DNA of 64,000 nucleotides. Source: an uncultured Gammaproteobacteria bacterium. Lineage in GTDB: Bacteria > Pseudomonadota > Gammaproteobacteria > Magnimaribacterales > TMED112. Positions 27,571 through 38,472 of this stretch are shown here, piece by piece. The notes beneath the pieces are model-generated. The model made no database searches. It was not told where the DNA came from and worked only from the letters and a program-made list of their open reading frames with translations. The stretch is from contig CAJXFH010000002.1 in assembly GCA_913052565.1 (NCBI GenBank), positions 39,324-103,323 of the forward strand, written 5' to 3'. A program made the position numbers and the translations under genes. Position 1 is the stretch's first letter, and each line of letters begins with the position of its first letter.

Positions 27571-28816
27571 AAATTTTTCCTATATCACTTCTATATATAG
27601 TGCCATCAAAATTGATTTCATCAATGATTTTATAAATGTAGTTTGAGCATTTTTCTAGGCTTTCAGCTTGATAATTAACTGAAAATACTCGCCCTCCCGA
27701 AGTTTGTAATTTGCCATCGACTAATTTTGTTCCAGCATGAAAAACTTTGAGGCTCTCAAAACTAGGCAGTCTGATTGGTTTATCAATTTCGTACTTTCCT
27801 GGATAACCATTTGAAGCAATAACAACACCCATTGCAGCTCCTTTTTTCCATTCGAGTTCTACTGGGTCATTGTTTAAAGCTTGTAGAATATTCTTCAATA
27901 AATCTGATTCCATCTGCATCATTAAGCACTGAGTTTCTGGATCACCTAGACGACAATTAAATTCTAAAACTTTTGGTTCATTATTTTTTACCATCAAGCC
28001 AAAATACATAAAGCCATAATAATTTATACCCATTTTTCTTAACCCATCAATTGTGGGCTGCACAACTTTTTCTGAGATTTTATTTTTTAAAGCATTATTC
28101 ATGAAAGGCGAGGGTGATATACAACCCATACCACCTGTATTTGGTCCTTTGTTTCCTAACTTTAGTGGCTTGTAATCAACACTTGTCTCAAATGGATAAA
28201 AATTATCTGGAGTAAGAATTCCCATAAAACTAAGCTCAGTTCCAAATAAGCATTCCTCAATTAAAATATTATTTCCAGCATCACCAAAGATTGAATTATT
28301 CATAACTTCATCAACCCACTCCACAGCTTCTTTTTGATTTGTCGCAACTAAAACACCTTTTCCTGCTGCTAGTCCATCAGCTTTAAGAACGATAGGAAAA
28401 CTTGCACTCTGTAGATATTCTTTTGCTATGCTGCTGGAGGAAAAAAATTCTGCCTCCCCAGTAGGTATGGAATTTTCGAAAAGAAATTTTTTTGAGAAAA
28501 TCTTTGAGCCCTCTAACATTGCTCCTTCAGAAGTTGGACCAAACACTTTTACATTCTCTTTGTTTAGATAATTAGTAAGGCCGCCAACGAGAGGATCTTC
28601 GGGACCAATTACAACGAGATCAATATTTTTTTCAGTAATAACTTTTTTGATATTTTCAAAATCATTCGATCCTATATTCAGATTTTCACATTTGTATTCA
28701 GTTTCAGTGCCGCCATTGCCAGGTGCAATAAAAACTTTCTTGGTTAATTCAGATTGACTTAATTTCCATGCAATTGCATGCTCTCTGCCTCCTTGACCAA
28801 CTACTAAAATATTCAT
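27560..28816 (-). CDS. purD: phosphoribosylamine-glycine ligase
   Basis: 418 aa. MNILVVGQGGREHAIAWKL is followed by an ATP-grasp core. Confidence 0.93.
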   Translation of the reverse strand: MNILVVGQGGREHAIAWKLSQSELTKKVFIAPGNGGTETEYKCENLNIGSNDFENIKKVITEKNIDLVVIGPEDPLVGGLTNYLNKENVKVFGPTSEGAMLEGSKIFSKKFLFENSIPTGEAEFFSSSSIAKEYLQSASFPIVLKADGLAAGKGVLVATNQKEAVEWVDEVMNNSIFGDAGNNILIEECLFGTELSFMGILTPDNFYPFETSVDYKPLKLGNKGPNTGGMGCISPSPFMNNALKNKISEKVVQPTIDGLRKMGINYYGFMYFGLMVKNNEPKVLEFNCRLGDPETQCLMMQMESDLLKNILQALNNDPVELEWKKGAAMGVVIASNGYPGKYEIDKPIRLPSFESLKVFHAGTKLVDGKLQTSGGRVFSVNYQAESLEKCSNYIYKIIDEINFDGTIYRSDIGKIYES

Positions 28817-30300
28817 CAGTGTTTAAAATGCCTTACGCCCGTTAATGCCATTGTTAATTTATGTTCGTTTGCAGCACTTATAACCTCATTATCTTTAACA
28901 GAACCGCCTGGCTGAATGATATGTTTTGCTCCCTTCTCAGCAGCTAGATCAATATTGTCTCTGAAAGGGAAAAATGCATCAGAAGCTAATACGCAATCTT
29001 CTACATTGAGACCTTCTTCTTCTGCTTTCATAAAAGCAATCTTTGTGCTTACTACTCTGCTCATTTGGCCTGCTCCTATTCCTAGTGTCATTTTATTTTT
29101 AGCCAACACAATGGCGTTTGACTTCACATGTTTTGCAACTTTCATAGCAAAGATCAAATCTTCTTTTTCACTATCTTTAGGCATATTATTTGTAACTACA
29201 TCTAACTTTATTTCGTTTAAATCATAAATATCTGTAGATTGCATAAGACCAACCCCATACAGATGCTTGCTCTCATGAACATCAATTGGAACATTTCTTG
29301 AACGCAAGACTCTTATGTTGGGTTTGCTTTTTAGCATTTCCAAAGCTTTGGTCGAATAGTTGGGAGCTATTAATACCTCAATAAATTGGTTGTTAAGCAT
29401 TTCTTCAACAGTGCTTTCATCTAGTTCTATATTTGAAGCAATTACCCCCCCAAAAGCAGAAGTAGGATCAGTTTTAAATGCTTTCCTATAGGCTTCGAGT
29501 ATTTTTTCGTCAGAGGCTACACCACATGGATTTGTATGTTTAACTATACAAATTGAAGGCTCTTCAAACTCAGAAACACACGCCCAAGATGCAATTGAAT
29601 CAGCAACATTGTTATAAGATATTTCCTTGCCTTGTAATGGGTTTAGAAAATCAATTGGCGCTTCATCATCAGTTAAAAGTTTTGCTTCTTGATGTGGGTT
29701 TTCACCATATCTGAGTTCTTTGGTTATTAATTGTTTATTATGGGCAGAGAGCCATTCTGCAATTGTTAAATCGTACTCATGTGTTTGACTAAACACATAA
29801 CCTGCATATTCTTTTGATTGCTCTAAGCTAACAGAATCAACTTTTAAACCGTCATATTGTTCAGGGCTACATAAAACAACCGTATGTTGAAAATTTTTTG
29901 CTGCTGCTCTTAACATCGCAGGACCTCCAATATCGATTTTTTCAATTATTTCTTGATCGCTACTATTTTTCGCAACTTCTTCAGAGAATGGATAAAGATT
30001 CACAACAACTAAATCAATTTTTTTTGCCCCTAGCATTTTGAGTTCAACACTATCCTTCTGGCCCCTAGCCAAAATTCCTGCATGTATCTTTGGGTGAAGA
30101 GTCTTTACTCTTCCATCAAAGACTTCTGGGGAAGCTGTATAATCTGATACTTCTGTGACATCAAATCCGTTTTCTTTAAGATATTTTGCTGTGCCACCTG
30201 AGGAGATTATTTCTACATTGTTAGAGGCTAGTTTTTCTGCGAGGTCAAGGATGCCAGTTTTATCAAAAACACTTATCAGGGCAGTTTTTATCTTAATCAT
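28816..30300 (-). CDS. purH: bifunctional AICAR transformylase / IMP cyclohydrolase
   Basis: 494 aa with ALISVFDKTG, SGGTAK, VKTLHPKIH and a C-terminal ...RHFKH. Confidence 0.93.
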   Translation of the reverse strand: MIKIKTALISVFDKTGILDLAEKLASNNVEIISSGGTAKYLKENGFDVTEVSDYTASPEVFDGRVKTLHPKIHAGILARGQKDSVELKMLGAKKIDLVVVNLYPFSEEVAKNSSDQEIIEKIDIGGPAMLRAAAKNFQHTVVLCSPEQYDGLKVDSVSLEQSKEYAGYVFSQTHEYDLTIAEWLSAHNKQLITKELRYGENPHQEAKLLTDDEAPIDFLNPLQGKEISYNNVADSIASWACVSEFEEPSICIVKHTNPCGVASDEKILEAYRKAFKTDPTSAFGGVIASNIELDESTVEEMLNNQFIEVLIAPNYSTKALEMLKSKPNIRVLRSRNVPIDVHESKHLYGVGLMQSTDIYDLNEIKLDVVTNNMPKDSEKEDLIFAMKVAKHVKSNAIVLAKNKMTLGIGAGQMSRVVSTKIAFMKAEEEGLNVEDCVLASDAFFPFRDNIDLAAEKGAKHIIQPGGSVKDNEVISAANEHKLTMALTGVRHFKH

Positions 30301-30551
30301 TAAAGCAGCCCATATTTAGCCATTTTTTTCCTAAGTGTGCCTCTATTTAGGCCTAAGATCTTGCTTGCTTCAGATTGATTACCTTTGCATTTCTTTAACA
30401 CTACTTCTAAAAGTGGTGGTTCGATTTGGCTAATGGTTAAATTATAAAGCTCAATTGGATTCTCCCCATCAAGGTTTCGATAATACCTTTTAATTGCTCT
30501 TTTTACTTCGCCCCTTAGGCTGCGTTTGTTGGTATTAAACTTGGTAGACAT
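30300..30551 (-). CDS. fis: DNA-binding protein Fis
   Basis: 83 aa. The C-terminal HTH GNQSEASKILGLNRGTLRKKMAKYGL matches Fis. It sits in fis-purH-purD order as in Pseudomonas. Confidence 0.88.
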   Translation of the reverse strand: MSTKFNTNKRSLRGEVKRAIKRYYRNLDGENPIELYNLTISQIEPPLLEVVLKKCKGNQSEASKILGLNRGTLRKKMAKYGLL

Positions 30552-30576
30552 CTAAATGATATAATTGCTTTTCAAA

Positions 30577-31260
30577 ATGAAAATAGCTTCAATTTTTCTC
30601 AAAAAAAAACTAGATAAAAATATTGATCATTTTTTAGACAATAGTCAATTACATTACTTGAAAAACGTATTGAAAGTTAGGGAGGATGAACAAGTAAATA
30701 TTTTCAATGGTGAAGGTTCAAAATATCTTGCAAAGTTTGATGGAATTAAATCTCTAAAAGTTTTTGATATTGAAAAAAGGAATAAAGTCTTTGTAAGTTC
30801 AATTCTTGTTCCAGTACTGAAGAAAAATCCATTCGAATATTTGCTACAGAAATCAGTTGAAATAGGGGTAAATAAAATTTTTTGTTACATATCAGAGAAA
30901 AACAAAGAAAAATATTCATTTGGTTCGGAGCTAAAAAAAATCGAAAGGTATAGAGAAATTATTAAATCTGCCTTTTTGCAGTCAGAGAATTTTCATTTAC
31001 CACAGATTGACATTTATGAGTCTATTTTTCATTTTGATTTTTCAAAATTTCAAAAAATTGTAGTGTTGGATCAAGAAGCTCATGAATCTCTGCAGCCAGG
31101 TTTGGATGCTGAATTAATAATTTCTGGTGGAGAATTTGGTTTTGATCAAAATGAGAGAGATATTATTGGGAAAAATAAGGTAAATTATCTTAACTTAGGT
31201 GAAAATATATTAAGAGCTGAAACTGCACCAGTTGCCGCCCTCTCAAGGATAAACATTTAA
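30577..31260 (+). CDS. rsmE: 16S rRNA (uracil1498-N3)-methyltransferase
   Basis: It has a SPOUT C-terminal motif (LGENILRAETA) and lies upstream of gshB as in E. coli. I prefer the ATG at 30577 over the TTG at 30565. Confidence 0.8.
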   Translation: MKIASIFLKKKLDKNIDHFLDNSQLHYLKNVLKVREDEQVNIFNGEGSKYLAKFDGIKSLKVFDIEKRNKVFVSSILVPVLKKNPFEYLLQKSVEIGVNKIFCYISEKNKEKYSFGSELKKIERYREIIKSAFLQSENFHLPQIDIYESIFHFDFSKFQKIVVLDQEAHESLQPGLDAELIISGGEFGFDQNERDIIGKNKVNYLNLGENILRAETAPVAALSRINI

Positions 31261-31262
31261 AT

Positions 31263-32195
31263 ATGAAAATTGGTTTTATTATTAATGATTTACATTCGAT
31301 GAATCTTGAAAAAGATACATCTGTTTACCTTATGAGAGAAGCACAAAATCGGGGAAATGAGATTTATGCTTTTGATGCACTTGATGTAACGCATAAAAAT
31401 AATTCTCTATATGCTAACTGTAAAAAAATTCTGTTTAACAATGCAAATGACCTCACTTTCACAGTAAGTGCAAAAATATCTTTAGAAGTAAAAGATTTTT
31501 CATTCGTAATAAATAGATTAAACCCACCTTTTAACAAAGAATATTTATATTTAACACAGTTGCTTGAAATATCTGGTGTTGACTGTATCAATCCGGCTAA
31601 AGCATTAAGAGAGAATAACGAAAAACTTATAATACTTAATTTCCCAGAACTTATTCCCTATACAAAGGTTACCAACTCACTAGAAGAAATTGAGGACGTT
31701 CTTAACCAAGAAAAGATTGAAAAAATTGTAATAAAGCCTCTTGATGGTATGGGGGGGAAATCAATATTTTTTATTTCTAAGGGCGATAAAAATTTAAATG
31801 TCATTTGGGAAACAATAAGCCAGAGAGGGAAAAAGCATTTTGTTGTACAAGAGTATATAGAAGAAGCAAAGCTCGGTGATAATAGGCTTTCATTTATAAA
31901 CTATGAGCTTCTTCCAAAAAAAGTAGTGAGAATGCCGTCAGATAAAGATTTCAGAGGGAATCTTGCGGCCGGAGCTAAGTCTAAGATTGAATCTGTGACT
32001 GAAGATGACATTAAGTTAGGTGAAGCAATAATTCCTTATCTCAAGGAAAATAATATTTATTTTGCTGGTGCAGATCTTTTGGGTGGAAAGCTTTCAGAAA
32101 TTAACCTCACTTCACCAACATGTCTTCAAGAAATCCATAAAAATTCGGATCTAGATCCCGCAAAAATATTTTGGGACAATTTAAGAAAGAGTTGA
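31263..32195 (+). CDS. gshB: glutathione synthetase
   Basis: 310 aa, ATP-grasp fold, with KPLDGMGG and EINLTSPT motifs. Confidence 0.9.
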   Translation: MKIGFIINDLHSMNLEKDTSVYLMREAQNRGNEIYAFDALDVTHKNNSLYANCKKILFNNANDLTFTVSAKISLEVKDFSFVINRLNPPFNKEYLYLTQLLEISGVDCINPAKALRENNEKLIILNFPELIPYTKVTNSLEEIEDVLNQEKIEKIVIKPLDGMGGKSIFFISKGDKNLNVIWETISQRGKKHFVVQEYIEEAKLGDNRLSFINYELLPKKVVRMPSDKDFRGNLAAGAKSKIESVTEDDIKLGEAIIPYLKENNIYFAGADLLGGKLSEINLTSPTCLQEIHKNSDLDPAKIFWDNLRKS

Positions 32196-32205
32196 GTTAT
32201 AACTA

Positions 32206-32592
32206 TTGAAGAAAGAAGCAAAAGTAGTTTTAAGCATAGATTTTGGAACACAAAAAATTGGCTTATGTATTGCTGAAACTTTTACTGGCCAAACAAAACC
32301 TTTAAAGATTATAAAAAACGATGAGAAACTTTTGGATAATATCAAAAAAATCATTGGTGAATGGCAACCAGACCTCTACTTAATTGGGAGCCCGCCAAAC
32401 CCTAGTGCTAGTTTTTCAAAAAACTTATCACAATTTAAAATAGATTTTGAGGAGATATTCCAAGAAAAATTATTAGTTGTAGATGAAGACTATACATCAC
32501 AAGCAGTTGATCATAAGAAACCTTCTGAAATGAAAGATTCTTTATCTGCTGAAATAATTTTTCAAGATTGGTTTAATAAAAATTATGGCTGA
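32206..32592 (+). CDS. ruvX: putative pre-16S rRNA nuclease / Holliday junction resolvase-like YqgF
   Basis: 128 aa. It has the LSIDFGTQKIGLCIA N-terminal RNase H-like motif and DE..TS. The start is TTG. Confidence 0.8.
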   Translation: MKKEAKVVLSIDFGTQKIGLCIAETFTGQTKPLKIIKNDEKLLDNIKKIIGEWQPDLYLIGSPPNPSASFSKNLSQFKIDFEEIFQEKLLVVDEDYTSQAVDHKKPSEMKDSLSAEIIFQDWFNKNYG

Positions 32593-34324
32593 ATCAATAC
32601 CAAGGGATTTTATCGATAGACTTGTCGAAGACTCTGACGTAGTTGCTGTCTTGAGCCACTATCTAAATCTAACAAAAAAGGGGAATAATTTTACATGTTG
32701 TTGTCCCTTCCACGATGAGAAAACACCTTCGTTTGTTGTTAGTCCTCAAAAATCAATTTATCACTGCTTTGGTTGCGGTAAAGGCGGCAATGTAATCACA
32801 TTCATTAAAGATTACGAGGGGTTAAATTTTGTCGAAGCAGTAGAGAAGTTAGCAGAACTAAATAATGTTACTGTGCCTAAAACATCTTCAGGTTTCCGAA
32901 ATGATCATAGCAAGTCAATTGAAATTAATCAGATTGTTTCTGAACATTATTATGAAGAACTTTCAAATAAATCATCAGAACACATTGTTTCTTACTTAAA
33001 AGGAAGAGGCATAAGCGGTAAGACAGCTAAACATTTCAAACTTGGTTTTGCTGATTTCAATCAAAATGATCTTCTTGCCAAATTGCAAAAAAGATTTGAT
33101 GAAAAAGACATTTTAGATAGCGGTTGTTTTCTTAAAAATGAAAAAGGAATATATCCTTTTTTCAGGAAACGCTTAATATTCCCAATACTTAATTCTGCAG
33201 GCAAAAATATAGGTTTTGGTGGAAGAGTCATTGATGATGCTATGCCAAAGTACCTCAATTCAAAAGACAGCAAATTTTTTAATAAAGCTAGAGAGCTATA
33301 TGGGTATAGTGAAGCAAAAAAGGATCATAAAAATGATTATTTTGTTGTAACTGAAGGTTACATGGATGTAGTTATGTTGCATGAATATGGAATAACTAAT
33401 GCGGTGGCATCCTTAGGCACAGCATTTTCTCAAAATCATTTAAATTTATTATTCAAAACAAAAAGAAAAGTTATATTTTGTTTTGACTCAGATGAAGCGG
33501 GATTAGCTGCGGCATGGAGAGCACTGCAAATATCTTTAAAAAATGTTTTTGATGACAAGACTGTAAGATTTCTTTTCCTTCCTGAAGGCTATGATCCAGA
33601 TTCTTTTGTGAAAGAAAAGGGTGCAAACGAATTTTTAAAGAAAATTGATAGAGCAATGGTGATCGAAACATTTGTTTTTCAATTTCTTAAAAGAGGGAGA
33701 AATTTGGATTCACCTGAAGATATAAGACAAATTATTTTTGAGCTTAAAAAGCTTCTACCCACAGTAAAATCTGAAACTCTGAGGGAGACACTTCTCCTCA
33801 AGTTTTCAAAGGAACTTGAAATTAGCAAAGACCTACTCATCAAAGCTGATGACTCACAAAAAAAACCTATCAAAAAGCCTGTAATTGAGAAAACAAATAA
33901 TACTTTTGAAAAAGAGTCATTATTGATTGTCTATCTCATGGAAACATTTATGACTTCCGTAATCGAATCTGCAAAAGAATTTAATTCTTTCCTTCAAAGA
34001 TCTTCAGTTGAAGAGTTAAAAGAACTCAGAGAAGTAATTGATAGCATGTTAAATAATCAAAAAAATCATAAAGAAATGCCATTCTATGCAAAAGCAATGA
34101 TGATAAATTTTGAATTAACAGCTGAAGAGGCGATAAATGAATTCAATAGAGCTTCAGATGCTATTCGCCTCCAAAATGATGAGACATTTATAGAATTTCT
34201 CAAAAATCTTGTAAAAACTGACGAATTAACAGCTGAAAGAAAAGAAAATCTGCAAAAATTGCTTAATTTAAGAGATAATATCTCAACTCAGGAAGAGGAA
34301 CTAATCCGAAATCTCAACAAATAG
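32585..34324 (+). CDS. dnaG: DNA primase
   Basis: 579 aa with a zinc ribbon (CCCPFHDEKTPSF..CFGCG) and a TOPRIM region (VTEGYMDV, FDSDEAG). Confidence 0.93.
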   Translation: MAESIPRDFIDRLVEDSDVVAVLSHYLNLTKKGNNFTCCCPFHDEKTPSFVVSPQKSIYHCFGCGKGGNVITFIKDYEGLNFVEAVEKLAELNNVTVPKTSSGFRNDHSKSIEINQIVSEHYYEELSNKSSEHIVSYLKGRGISGKTAKHFKLGFADFNQNDLLAKLQKRFDEKDILDSGCFLKNEKGIYPFFRKRLIFPILNSAGKNIGFGGRVIDDAMPKYLNSKDSKFFNKARELYGYSEAKKDHKNDYFVVTEGYMDVVMLHEYGITNAVASLGTAFSQNHLNLLFKTKRKVIFCFDSDEAGLAAAWRALQISLKNVFDDKTVRFLFLPEGYDPDSFVKEKGANEFLKKIDRAMVIETFVFQFLKRGRNLDSPEDIRQIIFELKKLLPTVKSETLRETLLLKFSKELEISKDLLIKADDSQKKPIKKPVIEKTNNTFEKESLLIVYLMETFMTSVIESAKEFNSFLQRSSVEELKELREVIDSMLNNQKNHKEMPFYAKAMMINFELTAEEAINEFNRASDAIRLQNDETFIEFLKNLVKTDELTAERKENLQKLLNLRDNISTQEEELIRNLNK

Positions 34325-34358
34325 TTGAATTTTGGATTTTCACAAACATATAGAAATC

Positions 34359-36182
34359 ATGTCAGATAAACCTAGCTCAACACCCCAAGTCAGCCCTGCT
34401 AATGATATTGCCCAACTAATTCAGCTAGGTAGAGATCAGGGCTATCTTACACATGCAGATATTACTGACACTTTACCTGATGGATCAACTGATGCTGATA
34501 ACTTTGAGGAAATTACTCAAGTTCTCAGGGATATGGGTATAAAAGTCTTTGAGGACACACCTGACGAAGATGAATTAATGTTGGGCGAAGATGAAGATAC
34601 CGATGAATTAGCCGCAGAAGATGCTGTAGCAGCTCTATCTCAAACAGAAATTGAATCAGGCAGAACAACTGATCCTGTTCGTATGTATATGAGGGAAATG
34701 GGAAGTGTTGATCTGTTGACCAAAACAGGTGAAATTGGCATTGCAAAGAGAATTGAAGCAGCAATGAAAGAAGTTTTGTCTTTATGTGCTGAGTACCCCC
34801 TCTGCATTGAATATGTTCTTGATTTCTTTAACAGAATTAAAATTGGCGAGAAAAAAACACAAGATTTAATATCTGGCTTTATGCTTGATGAACCAGAAGA
34901 AGAAATTGTAGAGCAAGAGTTCGAAAATACAGAAGATAAACAAGTTGAAGAAAGCGAAGAAGAAGAAGCTAATGTTATTTCTTTTGAAGAGTGCGAAGCA
35001 AAAATTAAAATTATAAAAAGAGAATATAACAAATATCTCAAATCATTAAGTAATGACAAGCTAGATGAAAAAGGTCAGAAAGCGCTAGATAAGTTAAAAG
35101 CAGAATTTCAAAATATTAAGTTTAATTCCAAAGTTTTTGATACATTGGTTCAAATACCAGCAGAGAAAAAATCCTTAGTTGGCGGTTTCGAGAGAGAGCT
35201 AAAAAAACTTCTTGTTAAGTCAATTGGAGTACCAAATAAAGAAGCTAGAGTATTGATCGATGAAAACCTTATAAATATTCGACTACTGACAAAATTATCA
35301 AAAGACAAAAGGTTCAAGAAAAAAGCAATTGATGAGGTCAAACCAACATTCATTAGAATTCAAAAAGACCTAATAAAAATAGATGAAAACAATTTGATGC
35401 CAGTAACACAGATTATTTCTTTAAATAAAAGAATTAATAAAGCTTATAGAGGCCTTTTAAGAGCTAAAAAAGAAATGATTGAGGCAAACTTAAGATTGGT
35501 AATTTCTATCGCTAAAAAATATACGAATAGAGGTTTACAATTTTTAGATTTGATTCAAGAGGGAAATATTGGACTTATGAAAGCAGTTGATAAGTTTGAA
35601 TATAGGAGAGGCTATAAATTCTCAACTTATGCTACGTGGTGGATAAGACAAGCTATTACCAGATCTATTGCTGATCAAGCTAGAACAATCAGGATCCCAG
35701 TCCATATGATTGAAACAATAAATAAATTGAATCGCCTATCACGTCAAATGATGCAAGAAATAGGAAGAGAACCAACTCCAGAAGAAATGTCAAAAAGGCT
35801 TGATATTCCAGAAGATAAAATGCGCAAGGTTATGAAAATTGCGAAAGAGCCTATCTCAATGGAGACTCCAATTGGTGACGATGAGGATTCTAACTTGGGT
35901 GATTTCCTCGAAGACTCTTCAATCAATTCGCCTATTGATGATGCATCAATTCGAGGTCTTAAAGATGCGACAGATGAAATACTTGCTTCATTAACTGCTA
36001 GAGAAGCAAAAGTTTTACGAATGAGATTTGGTATTGGTATGAATAATGACCATACACTTGAAGAAGTAGGCAAACAGTTTGATGTAACAAGAGAGAGAAT
36101 CAGACAGATCGAAGCTAAGGCACTCAGAAAGCTAAGACATCCAACTAGATCTGATGTCTTGAAGAGTTTCTTGCACGAATAA
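34359..36182 (+). CDS. rpoD: RNA polymerase sigma factor RpoD (sigma70)
   Basis: It has an acidic region 1, region 2.4 ([12 protein letters not shown]) and region 4.2 ([20 protein letters not shown]). I prefer the ATG at 34359 over the track TTG at 34332. Confidence 0.95.
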   Translation: MSDKPSSTPQVSPANDIAQLIQLGRDQGYLTHADITDTLPDGSTDADNFEEITQVLRDMGIKVFEDTPDEDELMLGEDEDTDELAAEDAVAALSQTEIESGRTTDPVRMYMREMGSVDLLTKTGEIGIAKRIEAAMKEVLSLCAEYPLCIEYVLDFFNRIKIGEKKTQDLISGFMLDEPEEEIVEQEFENTEDKQVEESEEEEANVISFEECEAKIKIIKREYNKYLKSLSNDKLDEKGQKALDKLKAEFQNIKFNSKVFDTLVQIPAEKKSLVGGFERELKKLLVKSIGVPNKEARVLIDENLINIRLLTKLSKDKRFKKKAIDEVKPTFIRIQKDLIKIDENNLMPVTQIISLNKRINKAYRGLLRAKKEMIEANLRLVISIAKKYTNRGLQFLDLIQEGNIGLMKAVDKFEYRRGYKFSTYATWWIRQAITRSIADQARTIRIPVHMIETINKLNRLSRQMMQEIGREPTPEEMSKRLDIPEDKMRKVMKIAKEPISMETPIGDDEDSNLGDFLEDSSINSPIDDASIRGLKDATDEILASLTAREAKVLRMRFGIGMNNDHTLEEVGKQFDVTRERIRQIEAKALRKLRHPTRSDVLKSFLHE

Positions 36183-36227
36183 ATCCTTTTTAAAAATTCA
36201 AAAAAGTTATAGACTACATTTTCTGGC

Positions 36228-36304
36228 GGGCCTGTAGCTCAGTTGGTTAGAGCAGTGGACTCATAATCCATTGGTCGGAGGTTCGAGTCCTCCCGGGCCC
36301 ACCA
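36228..36304 (+). tRNA. ileX: tRNA with CAU anticodon, probably tRNA-Ile2 (lysidine-modified); elongator tRNA-Met not excluded
   Basis: It is 77 nt and folds as a cloverleaf by hand. The acceptor stem pairs GGGCCUG with CGGGCCC, and CCA is encoded. The anticodon loop is CUCAUAA. C4-G69 and C5-G68 plus the G27.U43 / A31-U39 anticodon stem resemble E. coli tRNA-Ile2. ileX also lies near rpoD in E. coli. Confidence 0.9.
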
Positions 36305-36318
36305 CTTTTTAATTTATC

Positions 36319-38388
36319 TCACTTCGTTTTATATTTTTCGAACCAAGCAAGTATATGATCAACTTTTGTGATTAAGTTTGATGGCCTGCTTGCAATTCCA
36401 TGAGAAGTATTAGGAATTCGTATCATTGCACTATCAATTTCTCTAAGCCTTAATGCCTGATAAAATTGTTCTGTTTCAGATATTGGGGTTCTTCTATCTT
36501 GTTCACCAGTTATAAGCATAGTTGGAGTAGTTACGTTACCAACTAATGATAATGGAGATCGTTCCCAATAATGCTCAAGGTGTTCCCATGGAGGTCCTGG
36601 AAACTGATGATAAATTTGTCCCACCATCGAATCAGCAGTCAATGGTTTACTTAACCAGTTAATTACTGGCTTTGAAGACACAGCAGCATTAAATCTATCA
36701 GTAAGACCTACTGCATATGCTGTTGCTATTCCCCCAGCACTTCCTCCAGCAATAAATAGATTTCTTTCATCAACCATGCCTTTATTAATAAGTGCATCAA
36801 TGCCTGACATATGGTCAGCAAAATCCTCCGGGCTTGAGTACTTATATTGAAGTAAAAGAGCAAAGTCTTCTCCGTAAGAAGAGCTGCCTCTATAGTTATC
36901 GTAAAAAACAATGTATCCAGCAGAAGCCATTATCTGCAGTTCAGCTGAGAAGTGAGGACCATAAGCAAGATGAGGTCCTCCATGAATTTCTAAGATTAAA
37001 GGGTATTTCTTACTTGGATCAAAATCAGGGGGCGTAATATACCAGCCCTGGATTTCTTGATTGTCAAAAGAAGATTTATAAGTGATTTCATTAACTTTGC
37101 CTAAGTTACGATGGCCAAGAATATCTTCATTCAACTGTGTTAGAACTCTAGTTTTTCTATTCTCAACAATAGCTATGTCAGCAGGTCTGTCAGTCTTTCC
37201 ATATGTGAATGCAATAGTCCCATTACTTGTATGAAAGTCTCCTGATATGTAGGGCCTTCCAATTGTGGTGCCTCCAACATTGCCTGCAATATCAGTTAAA
37301 TTTCCAATTAAATCGATTTGTCTAAGTTTTCTTTCACCTCTTTGATCAAAAGCAAAATAGATCGATGCATTATCTTCGGACCAATAAAGACTATCAGCAT
37401 CATCATCTAAGTCATTAGATATAATCTGAATTTTTTTAGTATCCAGATTCATCACAGCAATCCTGCTTGGGGTATAGGCAAGTGGACGTCTTTCTTTTAC
37501 ATAAAAGGCCATCATTTGCCCATTAGGAGATATAGCTGGTGATCTTTCTTCACCCACTTGGTCTGTAATTTGGGTTAGCTTTTTATCTGATACATCAATT
37601 TTGTAAATATCAGCTTCACCACTAATTAGTTCCCAGTTTGGTGATCTATGGGCAGAAAAGTAGATGCTATTACTATCTCCTGACCATGAAATAGCACCAT
37701 AGTGATTGAAATTACCGCTTGTTAATTGTCGAGCAGAACCCCCATCAGCAGGTACGACAAATATATGTCGATAAGATGGCTCAACAATACCTCGACCGTC
37801 GTATTGGTATCTGGTAGTTGTCACTACAATCGGCTCCTTTGCCCATGAAGCCCCTTTTGGTTTATCTCTTTGTTCTACAAATGAAACATTTTCTCCTTTT
37901 ACATTCATTGTGAATGCCAACCATTTTCCATCAGGTGACCATGAAAGACTTGAAGGTGATTCTTGTAGTTGTGTTATGACCGTTGTTTCACCTGTGTCCA
38001 CCCAATGCATATGAATTTGTGTAGAACCAGAACCATTAGAGACAAAAGCAATTTTTTTATTATCTGGTGACCAGCGTGGAGAAGATGAATTACTTAAACC
38101 TGAATGCAAAGGTCTATGCCCATCTCCGTCTTTTTGAATACGCCAAAGATTTGATTTAACACGATCTTTCATCACATCATTCGAACGTCGCACATACACT
38201 ATTGTTTGGCCATCTGGAGATACTTGCGGATCAGAAGCCCATTCAAGCTCGAAGACATCCATTGGATCAAATAAATTTATATTCTCTTCTGCAATGATCT
38301 GAGATGATTGAAAAGAAAAGAATGAAAAGATAAAAAAAGCCACTTTTAGGATTGCTGGCTTAATAAAAAAAGTAAAATTATTTTTCAT
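36319..38388 (-). CDS. S9 family serine peptidase (beta-propeller + prolyl oligopeptidase/acylaminoacyl-peptidase domain), secreted
   Basis: It has repeated SPDG/WSPD propeller motifs, the nucleophile elbow GGSAGG and a C-terminal D and H. The start at 38388 gives the signal peptide MKNNFTFFIKPAILKVAFFIFSFFSF. The track extension to 38475 would read through the pyrD terminator hairpin. Confidence 0.85.
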   Translation of the reverse strand: MKNNFTFFIKPAILKVAFFIFSFFSFQSSQIIAEENINLFDPMDVFELEWASDPQVSPDGQTIVYVRRSNDVMKDRVKSNLWRIQKDGDGHRPLHSGLSNSSSPRWSPDNKKIAFVSNGSGSTQIHMHWVDTGETTVITQLQESPSSLSWSPDGKWLAFTMNVKGENVSFVEQRDKPKGASWAKEPIVVTTTRYQYDGRGIVEPSYRHIFVVPADGGSARQLTSGNFNHYGAISWSGDSNSIYFSAHRSPNWELISGEADIYKIDVSDKKLTQITDQVGEERSPAISPNGQMMAFYVKERRPLAYTPSRIAVMNLDTKKIQIISNDLDDDADSLYWSEDNASIYFAFDQRGERKLRQIDLIGNLTDIAGNVGGTTIGRPYISGDFHTSNGTIAFTYGKTDRPADIAIVENRKTRVLTQLNEDILGHRNLGKVNEITYKSSFDNQEIQGWYITPPDFDPSKKYPLILEIHGGPHLAYGPHFSAELQIMASAGYIVFYDNYRGSSSYGEDFALLLQYKYSSPEDFADHMSGIDALINKGMVDERNLFIAGGSAGGIATAYAVGLTDRFNAAVSSKPVINWLSKPLTADSMVGQIYHQFPGPPWEHLEHYWERSPLSLVGNVTTPTMLITGEQDRRTPISETEQFYQALRLREIDSAMIRIPNTSHGIASRPSNLITKVDHILAWFEKYKTK

Positions 38389-38445
38389 ATAAACAGCATA
38401 TTTGAAAAGACAAAAACATGCTAACGGAATATTGTTCATTCTAGT

Positions 38446-38472
38446 AAAAAAAAGGCCCCATAAAGGGGCCTT
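38446..38472 (-). terminator. rho-independent terminator of pyrD
   Basis: The minus strand reads AGGCCCC-UUUAU-GGGGCCU followed by U8, 19 nt after the pyrD stop. Confidence 0.7.

Noticed and set aside
34640-35059. A 139-aa ORF antisense to rpoD, together with similar antisense ORFs at 34525..34764, 35150..35353 and 35744..36073
   Set aside because: They lie opposite the acidic, non-conserved region of sigma70. They are serine-rich shadow frames with no independent evidence.
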